This document shows positions 1 through 11,694 of a DNA stretch of 64,000 nt, piece after piece. How positions within the stretch are numbered: the first letter of the stretch is position 1; every line of letters starts with the position of its first letter. The position numbers and the translations under genes were made by a program. The notes beneath the pieces are model-generated. The model was not told the origin of the DNA and ran no database searches. It saw only the letters and a list, made by a program, of their open reading frames with translations. The DNA comes from Catajapyx aquilonaris (taxonomy: Eukaryota): positions 1 through 64,000 of the forward strand of contig KZ538018.1 of the NCBI GenBank assembly GCA_000934665.2, given 5' to 3'.

Positions 1-25
1 AAAATTGGTGGCACGCTTGAAATGT

Positions 26-1504
26 TTATATGAGTGAATCGGCTGATGGCGAGCGTTTCAAGGGCTGCATCGTGGAGAAGTATGTCTTCCCGTTCGACGT
101 ACGGAAGAAGGCTTTTTGCTTGGTGTAGTGCAAGTACATGGCGACCACGAATAGGATGAGGAGCAGGCCGCCCAGTATGCTTCCCACTATGATGTACTCT
201 TGCTTGTGCGCTTCAAATCCAAGGGTTGTGCTTATGGTTACGATTGCTTGACTTGTCTTGCTCGAGCAGAAATCTCCCTTCTCGAATAATTTTCCCTTCA
301 TCTCGGGCGGGGAATTGCACAGAGTCCTGTCCGATCTGTCCAGCGCCAGCTTCGAGCTGTGGATCTTGTCTGGTATCATGCTCATCAGGCAGCTGCAGAC
401 AATTGGGTTAAAGCTGAGGTCAATAGTGGCCAAGTGTGGGAACTTGTTGAAAATGTCTATTGGAAGGGTATCGATGGATGTGTTGCTCATGCTGAGGTAT
501 CGGAGGTTCTGCAAGGATTTTGGAATGTCTGATATCAGCGACTTCTGTAGGTTTGGACTGCCTTCGAGGTCCAGGTACAATAGAGACGACATTGTAGACA
601 GTTCAGCTATGTCCTGAACACCCGTGATGTACTGCAGCTCTAAGAGCCGGAGATGGGAAAGGTTCTTCAGGAAGCGCAGGTTTTGTAGGCGATAACTGTG
701 GATATGTAGGGACTCAAGCTGGGTCAAGTTCGCTAGCTGAGCTGCATGTCGTTCGTCCAGTGTTGCGTTCCCTCCCATCTTGGCTCTCAGGGTTAGGTCG
801 GTCAGTCCTGTCAGCCAGCTGAGTGAAGCATTGACGTCAACTTCTCCAGCGCAAAGAACTCGTAACTTCGGATAGGACATAGTTGTCAGCATCAAGTCAT
901 TGCCACACAGGTTAAGAGTGGTCAAATCTGGTAGGGACATGGGCAGGTCTTGGTCATCGGACAGTTGGTTATTGGCCAAGTTCAGCTGCACCAGGCTTGA
1001 AGGCAGACCTGCTGGTATGGTTGTTAGTTGATTGCCGTGGAGGTCCAATACGCGAAGGTTTTGAATCGGATTAAACACAGCTGCCGAGATACTATCCAAT
1101 TGGTTATGATCAAGGAACAAATCCTCGAGCTGAACGTTGGTCAAAAATGTACCAGCATCAAGGGTTGTAAAATTATTCCGTGACAGCCTGAGCGACCTCA
1201 AGCCAGGCAGCGAGTGGAACGCATCCGATTTGATGACTTCAATTCCACAGTTAATGATGGTCAGCGTGTGGATTCCAGGTCCGTTCAGGTTGGCCTGGCT
1301 CAGAGTGGGCATTTCGGCATTCCATATCGTCAGAGACGTTGCGGTTGGTGGTACGTTGGCAGGGAATGTGCTGCATTGGATGTTCATTCCGTCCATGTAA
1401 TTGGTACACGAGCAAGTGTCCGGGCATGGTTTCTGGTGATGCGAGGAGTCAGAGGCTACCGCAGCGATCAGTAGTGGTATCCACGCTGCTCTCATTAACT
1501 CCAT
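26..1504 (-). CDS. Extracellular leucine-rich-repeat type-I transmembrane protein (~492 aa), intronless CDS
   Basis: ORF shows a hydrophobic signal peptide (MRAAWIPLLIAAVAS), an LRRNT cap (CPDTCSC), many LxxLxLxxN repeats, an LRRCT cap (NPIVCSC...C...C), a TM helix (YIIVGSILGGLLLILFVVAMYLHY) and a short tail ending SLI. The start is placed at ATG 1504 (alternative 1495), just after the acceptor TTTCAG at 1506-1507; the ORF-track extension to 1573 is probably intronic. Candidate 5'UTR donor GAG|GTACGT near 1954. Confidence 0.88.
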   Translation of the reverse strand: MELMRAAWIPLLIAAVASDSSHHQKPCPDTCSCTNYMDGMNIQCSTFPANVPPTATSLTIWNAEMPTLSQANLNGPGIHTLTIINCGIEVIKSDAFHSLPGLRSLRLSRNNFTTLDAGTFLTNVQLEDLFLDHNQLDSISAAVFNPIQNLRVLDLHGNQLTTIPAGLPSSLVQLNLANNQLSDDQDLPMSLPDLTTLNLCGNDLMLTTMSYPKLRVLCAGEVDVNASLSWLTGLTDLTLRAKMGGNATLDERHAAQLANLTQLESLHIHSYRLQNLRFLKNLSHLRLLELQYITGVQDIAELSTMSSLLYLDLEGSPNLQKSLISDIPKSLQNLRYLSMSNTSIDTLPIDIFNKFPHLATIDLSFNPIVCSCLMSMIPDKIHSSKLALDRSDRTLCNSPPEMKGKLFEKGDFCSSKTSQAIVTISTTLGFEAHKQEYIIVGSILGGLLLILFVVAMYLHYTKQKAFFRTSNGKTYFSTMQPLKRSPSADSLI

Positions 1505-2561
1505 TCTGAAATGTACAAAATACTGGTCTAAGTAAGCACAAAATATTACCATCAGCAAGATCTGATGCAGCACATACGATAATTTTTTAGTTTGAAATTG
1601 ACCGCACTGAACATATGTTTATTACGTACAATTGAAATGGGGAAATTTTTAGATGCATTTTTGTCACCCACAGTGGAAACTTTTTCAACGCATAAAAATT
1701 TCCCAGGGTTGAGTGATTCCTATATGTAAAGATTTTGCTATAAATGGACAGTGCAGCTGGGATGAAATGTGTGCGGCTGGTGTTACGATGCAAATGAAGT
1801 GAGATGTCACCTGCTACGTCACAGGAATTTTCTCGTTTTACAGAACTTATCAAACCATATAGAACTAGTGATCGGTCGCTAATATACTGATTTGCTGTGA
1901 ATGACTAATTTGCTCATATTTTCCAGCCGTAACGTGACAACCCAAATTACGTACCTCAAAATAAATCAAGTGTTCACCACACTTCAGTCGTAATCTCTGG
2001 CACAATATGCTGCGAACTAATTCATTATTGCCGACCACTTGTACAATAGAGCGTACCTGTGTGAGTCATGTGGGACAGAGACACAACGTTTTTGGACTTC
2101 CTACTACGTATTCACCTTGCCAGCTAACTAGATGTTCACACGTGAAGCTCCCCTCCCCACACCTTTTTCTCCCTCCCATTCGACCACAGCTCATACACGA
2201 CGACTGTTGTAGCAGCTGCAAGAATCACTTTGCATGCAGTACACTTGTGCTAACATCCCACCCGTACAATTAGCTCTGAAATGCTATGACTAGTACAAGT
2301 TAAAGGTGTTACTTTGGAGATCAGAGATGTGCGGTACAACTACCTTAGAGTGCAAAGTACGCCTCAGGTTGGAATCAATCTGTTGAAAACTGCAGGATTG
2401 AATTAAACCGGAAGCGTTTCCTGTGAGCAAACCAGCCACAGCTTGGAGGTCCACATCCTGCTTTGATTAAAAAGTCAGGAGATTGGTTGACAAATTGACA
2501 GCTCAACCTGATCTATTTTTTTTCCTTTCTAACATTTCTAACTATTCATTTCCATATTCAG

Positions 2562-5534
2562 GTTTTGGGTTCGGAGCAATGGCTCCAGCTACAACAGCAC
2601 CCACATTCGGGTTCGGGTCGACAGCACCTGCTGTTGGAACAGGTGCGTATGATGCACAAAAGAGGCTTAGTTTCTATTGTATCTACATGTATTTAGACAT
2701 GCGGAGTATCAATGGGCCCTCTGCACTTGTTGAGTTGTAGACTGCTAATTAATTGCACATTTTAGTGACATCAAAAAATTAGAAAAACGCATGTTGTTTC
2801 ATAATGATTCAGACTAACCGTTACGGCCACCTTTTGTGCCTATGCAGTATTATCACAATTTTGTAGCAAAATTGTGCGATTGCCACTGAACTAATTTTCT
2901 CTCTCCTTAAATCAGTTTGTAATTAGGAAATATTACCTTTTCGTATATGGTGTAAGATGTCAGCATATGTAGCAAGACGCATTTATTAATTTGAAAATGT
3001 AATCTCTTGTAGGATTCGGCGCAGGAACTGGCTTCGGTTTTGGTTCTAGCACCGGGTTCGGTGCCCCCGCTGCCTCGACTGCACCTTCGACATTCGGTTT
3101 CGGAGCTGCCAGCACTGCCCCTGCCACAGGATTCTCCGGGTTTGGCAGTACCCCTGCGACTATGGGAGGATTGTTTACTTCCGGATTTGGTGGGACTAGT
3201 GGTGGGTTTGGTAGCGGTGGATTCAGTGGATTTGGTGCCAAAACCACCGCTGCTGCACCCACTTTTGGATTTGGGAGTGGATTTGGAGGCACAACCACGA
3301 CTGCTCCTGCGCTTGGCGTCCAAGGGGGATTTGGATTCGGAGGATTTCAGAGTAAGTGAATTGAAATTTTGATTAATGTTTCGCTACAAGCATGTTATGC
3401 AACATTATGAAGCAAATATTGCAGCACATGACATGCTATGAAAATTTCTTGGGCTAATAATATTGGTGTCTTGCAGGTAATTTCCAATCTGGAGTTATGG
3501 GCCAGCAGCAACAGCAACAGCAGCAGCTGATGGGAGTTCCCCAGATAAGCCCAACGCAAGCCTTGTACAATGCCTTGTTCTGCTGCAGCAAGTTTGGCGA
3601 CGAGAGAGACTCACTGCTAGCCAGGTGGAACGTTCTCCAGGCTGGCTGGGGGAATGGGAAAGGTTTGTCTTCATGTTTTTCACATCGGCAGGGACGTGTG
3701 TTGCGAGTGGGCCACGATATAAAATTGAGTGTTGTTGTCAACTAGCAGAAATTGGCATGAAATTTTCACTCATTCCAATTCCGACAGATATTCAGTTGAC
3801 GACATAATTGATGTGCTCTTGATTCACTTGCATAATATGTAATGACTACAGGAAGACGGCTGACATTATGATCGCAATGGCTTAGTTCTCGTAACACTGT
3901 CTGTTTCACTTTATGCTTTAGCTGCCAATTTGCATTTTAAAATTTACATTCCTACCTGTTGTGTAGGTTACTATGCTCAGAATGCCCCTCCAGTTGACTT
4001 CACTCCGGAGAATCCTTTCTGTCGCTTCAAAGCCATTGGCTACAGCTTCCTTTGCACCAACAAAACCGAAGAGGGCCTGGTGTCTCTGACAATCAACAAA
4101 AAGGACTCTGATATCAGGTCAGCCATAAACTTCGTATTGACGTTACGGTAATACGTGTCAAATAATGTCATATTTCATGTTTTCTGCAGAAATCAAGAGA
4201 ACCAGGTCATATCAGTCCTGAATGGCACCATGGGGAACAGGCCGAACTTGGCCGTGCGGATTGAGAGTGTGAAGCCCCTGTCAGAGTGCAAGTGCCTCCT
4301 GGTCGTTTACGTAGAGGAGAGACTTCAGACTGGTGCTATTCGGCGGGTGCCTGCCTCTGAGCTTAGCAACCACCTTCTGGGCCAGGGTGTCAGAGGGCAG
4401 CTGCAGTCCCTCGGTGTGGAGGGTGTGGTTCCTAAGGTAGCCGCAACTTCGGATCAGCTCAAGGATTACATGGAGAGGCCACCAGCAGGAATAGACCCTC
4501 GTCTATGGGCACAGGCTGCACTGGACAATCCGGACCCAGAACACCTTGTGCCTGTGCCAATGGTTGGGTTTGGGGAGCTTCAGAGGCGCATGAAGTGCCA
4601 GGTGTGTAATACTACGTCTCCATGTTCATTATACAGTGTAATTTATGCAATTTACTTCTGTTAGGAGCTTGAAACTGGCCTGCATCAGGGTCGACTGGAT
4701 GTGATAGCAGATGACATTGCGGAACTTCAGCGCAGGCATACAGAGAGCCTAGCGAGAATGACGGATTGCAGGCGAAAGCAATTGAATCTGGCCCACCGAG
4801 TGCTGAAGTTCATAGCAAGGGCGGAGGCTGGAAGACGAGGCGGAACCACCCTGGGGGAGGATGAGGAGCAGCTGAGAGCACGATTGGATGCCCTGCAGGC
4901 GGAACTCAGTGTGCCCACACAGTTTAAGGGAAGACTGAACGAGTTGCTCTCGCAAGTGCAGATGCAGAGTCAGCTCACAACCGGGGCCAGAAGTGGGACA
5001 GAAAAATATGCCATGGGACGTGCCGTTCAAGATGACATCAAACAGGTAAGCATGGTCCGATCTTTGTAATTAGGATACCGTATTTGACGCCATACAAGGC
5101 ACGCTTTTTTCCCCCCAAAAAATCTCCTTGCGTCTTGTATGCCATCAAATACAGTACTTGCGATACCTAACATGTACTCTTAGAACTCGACCAACTCGCA
5201 AGATTAAGCAATTTTAATTTGTACAGATAATCAGAGTCTTTTCCTACTTTGCTTTCATGTAATCAGCCCTAAAGTTGTGCCGCAATTGGCAATTTGGTTT
5301 TTAAAATTTTACTTGGCACTTGCGCCATTTTTTGACTCGATTGGACTTCAGCTCTTATTCTATTGGGTCGTACGATTGTTTGCAACATGTTAAAACATTG
5401 TCCGTAAAAAATTATCTTTTCAGTTCCTGAAGGCCCAGCAGGAAGGCATATCTCACCTCATATCCATCATAAAGGATGATACCGAGGCCCTCAGGATTAT
5501 CGAGAGTGGCCTGAAGGAGAAGCCGCCGCACTGA
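2562..5534 (+). CDS. Nup54: Nucleoporin Nup54 (FG-repeat nucleoporin), possibly 5'-incomplete; exons 2562-2642, 3013-3351, 3477-3662, 3967-4117, 4190-4601, 4665-5045, 5424-5534
   Basis: FG/GFG repeats, then Q8, then Nup54 core motifs (FGDERDSLLARWN, ENPFCRFKAIGYS, PPAGIDPRLWAQAALDNPDP...PVPMVGFGEL, PTQFKGRLNELLSQ, QQEGISHLISIIKDD). All introns are GT-AG with consistent phases; stop TGA at 5532-5534; ATTAAA at 5571-5576. Confidence 0.93.
5078..5154. mobile_element. Tiny Tc1/mariner-pogo-type MITE in last Nup54 intron
   Basis: Imperfect TIRs CCGTATTTGACGCCATACAAG / CTTGTATGCCATCAAATACAG with TA on both sides; a fragment of the same end occurs near 10938-10953. Confidence 0.6.
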
Positions 5535-5807
5535 CATTTCCTTTTGTACTGCTTTTATTTTTTGGAAGTAATTAAAACAACAAATTTGGTTATTGGTAGG
5601 AATCATTTTGCAACCACAGTGGGAAATTGACCAGGTCTATTCTTCCAGGTGCAAAAATACCAAGTTTCAAGATACAAAAATGTACAGCATAAAACCCCCA
5701 TTCTCCCCAAAAACTTCACACAAAATCAACAAATTATTATTTTTGACACTCGGTCAAAGTCTTGCAGGTACAATTTTTTTTCTTCAGTGTCAAAATAGCA
5801 CTTGATA

Positions 5808-6930
5808 TTACCGCTTGGCAGTATTGCTCACACTAAGGTCAAGAGGCACGTCTTGTTCGCTCTCAAGTTTTTTGGCATCCCCGTACTGCGTGTCCAGTGC
5901 ACCAACCGCTGCGTACCTGAGCAATTGTTGCGCATTCAGATACCACGATGGACCCACTTGGCAGTGCAATAAAAATGCAGCTGCGTCACTGTCGGGTTTG
6001 CTTTTGGGCAACAAGTCACGCATGTAATCACACCACGAGGTAGGGGGAGGGTAGCGGTAATAACAGTTCATGTCCTGATGGATGGTTGGAGAGGCTTTGG
6101 GTTCAGGTATGTCATCTTGCGGCTCAATTTTTGGTGTTACAACATCGGAGTCGTCTTCTAGATCCAGATCGTTGATGTCATCACTGTTGTCGTGGCCGCC
6201 TTGGAAGTGCCGATAAGTCTTGATATGCTTCCGGAGCGAACTTGGGTCTGTGTACCGTTTGCTGCATCCAGCGACTTTGCAGGCGTATGGCTTCTCGACG
6301 TAATGAGTCCGGGTGTGTTTGAACCTATCGCTTGAGTTGGAGTACGCCTTCCCGCAACCATCGACCGGGCAGATGTACGGCTTCTCTCCTATGGTACAAC
6401 ATCAAAAGTTATTCAACTCAAACTCAAATAATCACTTGTACGCACCTGTATGTGACCTTGCATGTATCTTCAGATTCTCCGCCCTGCTGAAACATTTATT
6501 GCACTTCGGACACTGATGAGGCTTCTCGTTAGTATGGGTCCTGACATGCACCAGCATCTTGTACCTTGCGTTGAATCCCTTCCCGTTCCTAGTGCATCCC
6601 CGCCACTTGCAGTGGAAGAGCCCATTAGACGAAGCTCTAGCATGCATCTTATTCAGATGTCCCACAAGCGAGTCCAACAAGTCGAAAGTCATTCCGCACA
6701 AATCCCATCTGCAAATACAAATAATTTTATAAATCCATTGTACCCAACATAGCTTAATACTAATTTTAGTGCTTAATTAACTAGTATTTAAAATAATATT
6801 TTAAACTGCTTTATTTTAAATTGTCTCACCTGCAGGTCAGTTTCCGGGTACTTCCAGCAGTACTGGTGGACTCTCCTGCAGAACTGTCAGCCTCCAGGTC
6901 ATCCTCCCACTGCAGAGTTTCCTCCTGCAT
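5808..6930 (-). CDS. GLIS2: GLIS2/sugarbabe-like C2H2 zinc-finger transcription factor (314 aa); coding exons 6930-6830, 6708-6446, 6388-5808
   Basis: Five GLI-type fingers with GLIS2-diagnostic strings: CKWRGC...[72 protein letters not shown]. Spliced length is 945 nt, in frame; C-terminal PLDLS motif. Confidence 0.92.
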
Positions 6931-7380
6931 CGCGGAACCAGATCTACAACAGAAAAAGAAAGGTCAGTGTTATTTACACAACAATACGCCGTGAGATTCC
7001 TCGAAGCGTGCGGAATCACCGCAAATCGAAAAACCCTTTTTTTTCTAACAGCACAGGGTAATTAAAGGAGGCGCTTGTCATTATATTCCTGCATCGTCAT
7101 TTTATTGCATGAGGTCAGGTCGAGGTAATTGCAATCACCAACCACCACACTGCCGCCAATTGCTGGGTTTGGACTTGAACTGTTTATTGCCAGGAGACAC
7201 TAACCTGGGCCACTGGATTTTTTGACCTCTCCGCGCATTTTTTGGGAGGAGGGAGTGGACCCGGAAATGCTGGGAATGTCTGGAGTTTGGCCAACTCTTG
7301 AGGATATGAACCCGTTGCCAAAATTTGGCAACACTGCCCGGCCCGCTCCCCTCCCACTTCTGAACGTAGTACGATAAGCC

Positions 7381-7600
7381 ACTCACAGATGGCGCGCATC
7401 CTACTGCATCTCTCGAGTGGAAAGTAGGACTACATGCACGTTGGTGATGAGTCAACCTCGCGGACAAAGCCCACCAGGGCGCTATACACTCACAGATGGC
7501 GCGCATCTTCTCTCTCTGCACACTACCGCCGCTCTCAGGGGGAAAGTAGTACTACATTCACGTTGGTGATGAGTCACCGTGCGGACAAAGCCCACCAGGG
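7381..7600. repeat. Imperfect direct tandem duplication of ~100-110 bp
   Basis: ACTCACAGATGGCGCGCATC...GAAAGTAG(G/T)ACTACAT...CACGTTGGTGATGAGTCA...GCGGACAAAGCCCACCAGGG occurs at 7381-7479 and again at 7488-7600. Confidence 0.85.
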
Positions 7601-8846
7601 TTTGTCCAAACCTCTGGCAGCTATAGCGTGAAACTGTTGTGACTCTTATATTATTGGACAGGAAAAATTATAATTATTCTTCATGCACCTATAGGTGATG
7701 AGTCAACTTATGTGTAGGGACAGAGTCACGCATAGCCAATTTTACGTGATTCCCTGAATTTCATGAGAACAAAATGTGTTGCCTTGGACTTGAGGGATGT
7801 CCATAAAGCGGAAGCCGAGACCTACCACACGCTGGTCTTATCCTGTCTTGTAATCATATTCATTTTTTAAAAAAAATAAAGCATATGAACATAATCTCAC
7901 AACCAAGTTGGCAGTGGCTCACAAGAAAGATGACGACTTCAGATGCCCCTCAAGTGACAGGAAGTGCTGATAAATCAACTATCGGTGGTTAAATCGGCCT
8001 CCTACAGTGCAGCACAAAATTTCAGAGAGATTATGACAATGGTTATATTATATTAGAGAAAACACCAGAACTAATCTCCCGACGGAATGTTACAGGACGA
8101 AAACAACATTTCTCTCATACTTTTTTTCCCCCCCCCCCGATCCCCCCACGTATAACGTACCCCCAACAAGTCCTTGAGAAAACAAGTACACTAGTTCTCG
8201 TAGACACAAAGACAAACATTAAGCTTTTCGGTGAATCTGACAATGGACTCATTGTACATCAGGTAGCGGAGTCTACACTTTCTTATGTCACATTTTCTGT
8301 ACCGCATATCATCCGTTATGTAGTTATCAAAAAAAAATGCGATAACATTTAATATCGCACGGCGCGTGTCCGTATTATTGCGACATTTTGCAATATATTT
8401 TGCTGATTTGTCACCCCCCAAGTAACCTGAGCAGGCGGAAGGCTCCTTCACATGGAAAAAAAAAACGAGTACAAAGTAAGAAGCCCTCCTTGGTTGATAG
8501 CCCGGTAGCCAAGGCCCTTGACCGCCTCTTTTTGCCAAGACTCACGACCCAAGCAGACTTCCGCGGACGAGGGGTTGCAGGAGAGGACAAGCCAACGGGG
8601 GTAGGGTGGTTTAGATGGAAAGGGGAGAAGAAGAAGAAGAAGAAAAAAAAAAGTTGCTGCTGCTGCTGCTGCCAAAAGGGTGGGGTTGGGGGAAGAGAAT
8701 GGCCTTAGGAAGATACGGGGGTTCCTCATGAAGGCGCCGACTCGGTGGGTGCCTATACACACCAACAAACGCTTGACTGCCAGGCTAACATCATACAATT
8801 CCGTTGTTTCAGCCAAGGAAATGAGTAACGTAGCAGTGAAGCTCAC

Positions 8847-8900
8847 AAATGAGTAAGGTAGCAGACCTGAAGCTCTTCAGGTCTGCTACCTTACTCATTT
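8847..8900. repeat. Perfect 26-bp-arm palindrome
   Basis: AAATGAGTAAGGTAGCAGACCTGAAG-CT-CTTCAGGTCTGCTACCTTACTCATTT; a partial copy of the arm precedes it near 8819. Confidence 0.9.
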
Positions 8901-10365
8901 AACTGAGTGGTCTGCTGCCTTTTTAATTTCGAGTGGTCTGAAGCAGACCTTTTCATTTCACAGACCATTTTTTCATTACTGTTGATATCTAATGGTGCCC
9001 AATGACCAAAAGATTCTCAGGCCGTTCACTTCCTGAATTCTCAGCAAATTGTGTAGTGTGTGCACAGTTTTTTTTTTTTTGTGTGGAGGGGTGAGGTTGA
9101 GTGAAGGGAAGCATGTCCTCATGTCCTCTGATGGCCACTCTTTTCCACGGTCATGGAGACATCACACGTGCTTCTCTTTCATCTGGGTCAAATCCCCGCT
9201 CTTGTCAGTAGTTGTGTGTAGGTAGTGACAGTCTATCATTACGGAGCCATTCTGGCAGGTCAAGTGTGGCCCCCCTAGCGCCCATGACACGTCTGGATCT
9301 TACGGTAACCTTCCAACCAACTAGCCACGCACTCTTATCTCATAGTGGCCAAAGGGTGGTTCCTCGCAAAAAAAAATTGGGCAAAAAAAAATAAAATATG
9401 GCCGCGCGCTGATTCGCACTGAACCGGAAGCTCATGGCTCTTGATTCTGGCACTCAACCATGTATTAGTACATAACTGTTATTCTGTGCTTGTATTGCAA
9501 TTAAGATGACCATGTTTTGTATACGTAACGTGGGTGACTCATATGGAATTTCCATCTTCAAAAAATTTGATGCGGCCGTGTGTTTTGAGAGAGAGAGAAA
9601 AAAAAATAAGGGTTACAATTTTTTCAAGGGCACTTTTATGTTTGTAGGGTCGTCACGCACGGCTCTCACGCTACTCGACATGAAACGTGTCGTCGTGTAC
9701 TGTTTGTACCGCGGTTTTTACGCTGCTCGAGTCGCCGATGCCAAGTGCGCGCAATTGAAAATAATTACGCGCCTAAATTATAATACTGACGTCACAATAA
9801 CAATTGACAACAATTGTTTACCCCATTATCAAGTTGTCAATATGCCAGCAGTGTGCCTTGAACACATTTTTAAAATGATATATAATTAGTATCTATATGC
9901 CTAATCACAATATTTAGTGGATATCAGCAATACGATCTCCACAGCACGTGAATCATTCTAGTAAAGCGCATGTGCCGCGCTTTTTATCGCAATGAAAACA
10001 CCCCCCTGCTGAGATATGACATGTGGATGATTTTTTTTGATCATTATTACTCAGAATTGCGCATTAATTTTTTTGCACCATGCAAAAAAAAATTTAAGTT
10101 TTTACCGACCCTTTCACGGTCCTGCTACGCTCCAAAATTTAGCGCACTTTTTTTTTAAAAATTCAATGAGTGTACTGTACTACTGAAATTACCCGTATGT
10201 GATGGTATATAATGCGGACTTTTTCATCATCATCGTCGTCATCATCATCATCATTATATTATTTATTTATTTATTTCAGCCCTTGGCGCATGTGCCCCAT
10301 CGGGCTGCTTTTTTTCATTAAAAAGTGGCTCAAAAAAATCGCCCAGCGTTTTATATGCGAAAATA

Positions 10366-10906
10366 TAGTTGACTCCGGATATAACTGACTTCCAGGTAGA
10401 CTACTGCGGGAAAAGTCTGCTATAGCCAAATCGCCACTTTTACTACCAATACACAAAAGTTTTCTTCTTTCAATATGCCTATAATGCACACTACTGCATA
10501 TTATTAATGAAACTATGAACAAAAAAATTCAAAATTACCTCACCTGTAAATTATTATTATAGACAAGGACCGCAAAAATAAATCGTAATTTTCTTCCGTC
10601 TCCTTGTTGCCAAATATACCAGAAAATGTATGATTATGAGTAGCTTAGATCAGTCACAAATTGAAAATAATCCCCCCTCCAGTATAATCTACTTTCCTTA
10701 CTCCTGAGAAATGAATTTTAATAATAAAAAAACAGCATCTCTTCCTTATTCCGAGGGGCCAAAAATTGGTCTGTTATATCCGAGGTGATGATAAATAATC
10801 AGTCTGTTGTTTAAGGAGTAAAAAATACATATGGCCTTATGGTGGGACCGGTCTGTTATAACCGAAATTGTGTTATAGTCGAAGCTGTTATATCCGGAGT
10901 CAACTG
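10366..10906. mobile_element. Non-autonomous Tc1/mariner-pogo-type element (~540 bp)
   Basis: TIRs (T/C)AGTTGACTCCGGATATAAC and GTTATATCCGGAGTCAACTG with TA on both flanks; subterminal GTTATATCCG repeats; no transposase ORF. Confidence 0.72.
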
Positions 10907-11042
10907 TACTCCCTGAATATGATATTCTAAAAAAATGATGCCATCAAATACGGGGTCTAAATGTTTTTAAAATATCACTACACTTGTGCAGTATACATTG
11001 TACTTTTCCGATGAATGTATGTCCGCGCACAGTGTCTCTCAC

Positions 11043-11140
11043 CTGTGTACTGATCCAGTGTCGCAACACACTACAACATCCAATATGTCCGGTGTGTCCA
11101 GCCAGCGTACCGTCCGTCCGTCCTAGACTTCCAGAGACGA
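11043..11140 (-). other. Candidate non-coding 5'UTR exon of the GLIS2-like gene
   Basis: Strong donor CAG|GTGAGA at 11043/11042 in a GC-rich, promoter-like segment; the downstream exon has an acceptor at 6944-6945. The 5' boundary is a guess. Confidence 0.45.
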
Positions 11141-11694
11141 ACTGCCGGCTGCTAAGTGGCCTCAGGAGCCTACGAGCCAAGTGGCCAGGCGCCGCGCTTC
11201 CCTTTTTCTTTTTTCCCTCCCTTCCTTCCCCCCTCGCTCCTCAACAGCCTTCCCCCTACACCACACACCACCCGAAAAACCTGGGGGCTCCACCCCCTTT
11301 ACTGTGATGCCATTCTCCCAGGCACCCCTCCTCCTCCGGTTGTAACATCCCCTCGGGCGGCCCCACTGACGCCTTGTCACTTCCAATGCAAACTTTGGTT
11401 CCGCCACTAGGGGGGGTCCCCTTTTTCCTATAGAGAAAACACGGGGAAGTATATGGCACACCAGCGGTGGTTCAAATTAAATATGTAATGTCAGATTTGG
11501 AAGAAACCGGCAGCCCCCTTTGGTATATAACATATACACCACGCACACACACACAAAAAAAAGAAGGGGCCGCCGGCATCTCTTGGGCGACCCCCCTTGA
11601 AGGGGACCCCACTGAATACCCCCCGTGAATGTGCGGGGTTGCCACATCTGAAGTGCGTGGGCGGACAATCCTGGAGCAAAATCGTTCAGATATC

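Noticed and set aside
1505..1573. N-terminal 23-aa extension of the LRR ORF
   Set aside because: It starts at a non-ATG codon and spans a splice acceptor; the signal peptide begins after ATG 1504/1495.
2907..3372. Pro/Asn-rich and Ser/Lys-rich ORFs
   Set aside because: Antisense or alternative frames of the Nup54 FG-repeat exon.
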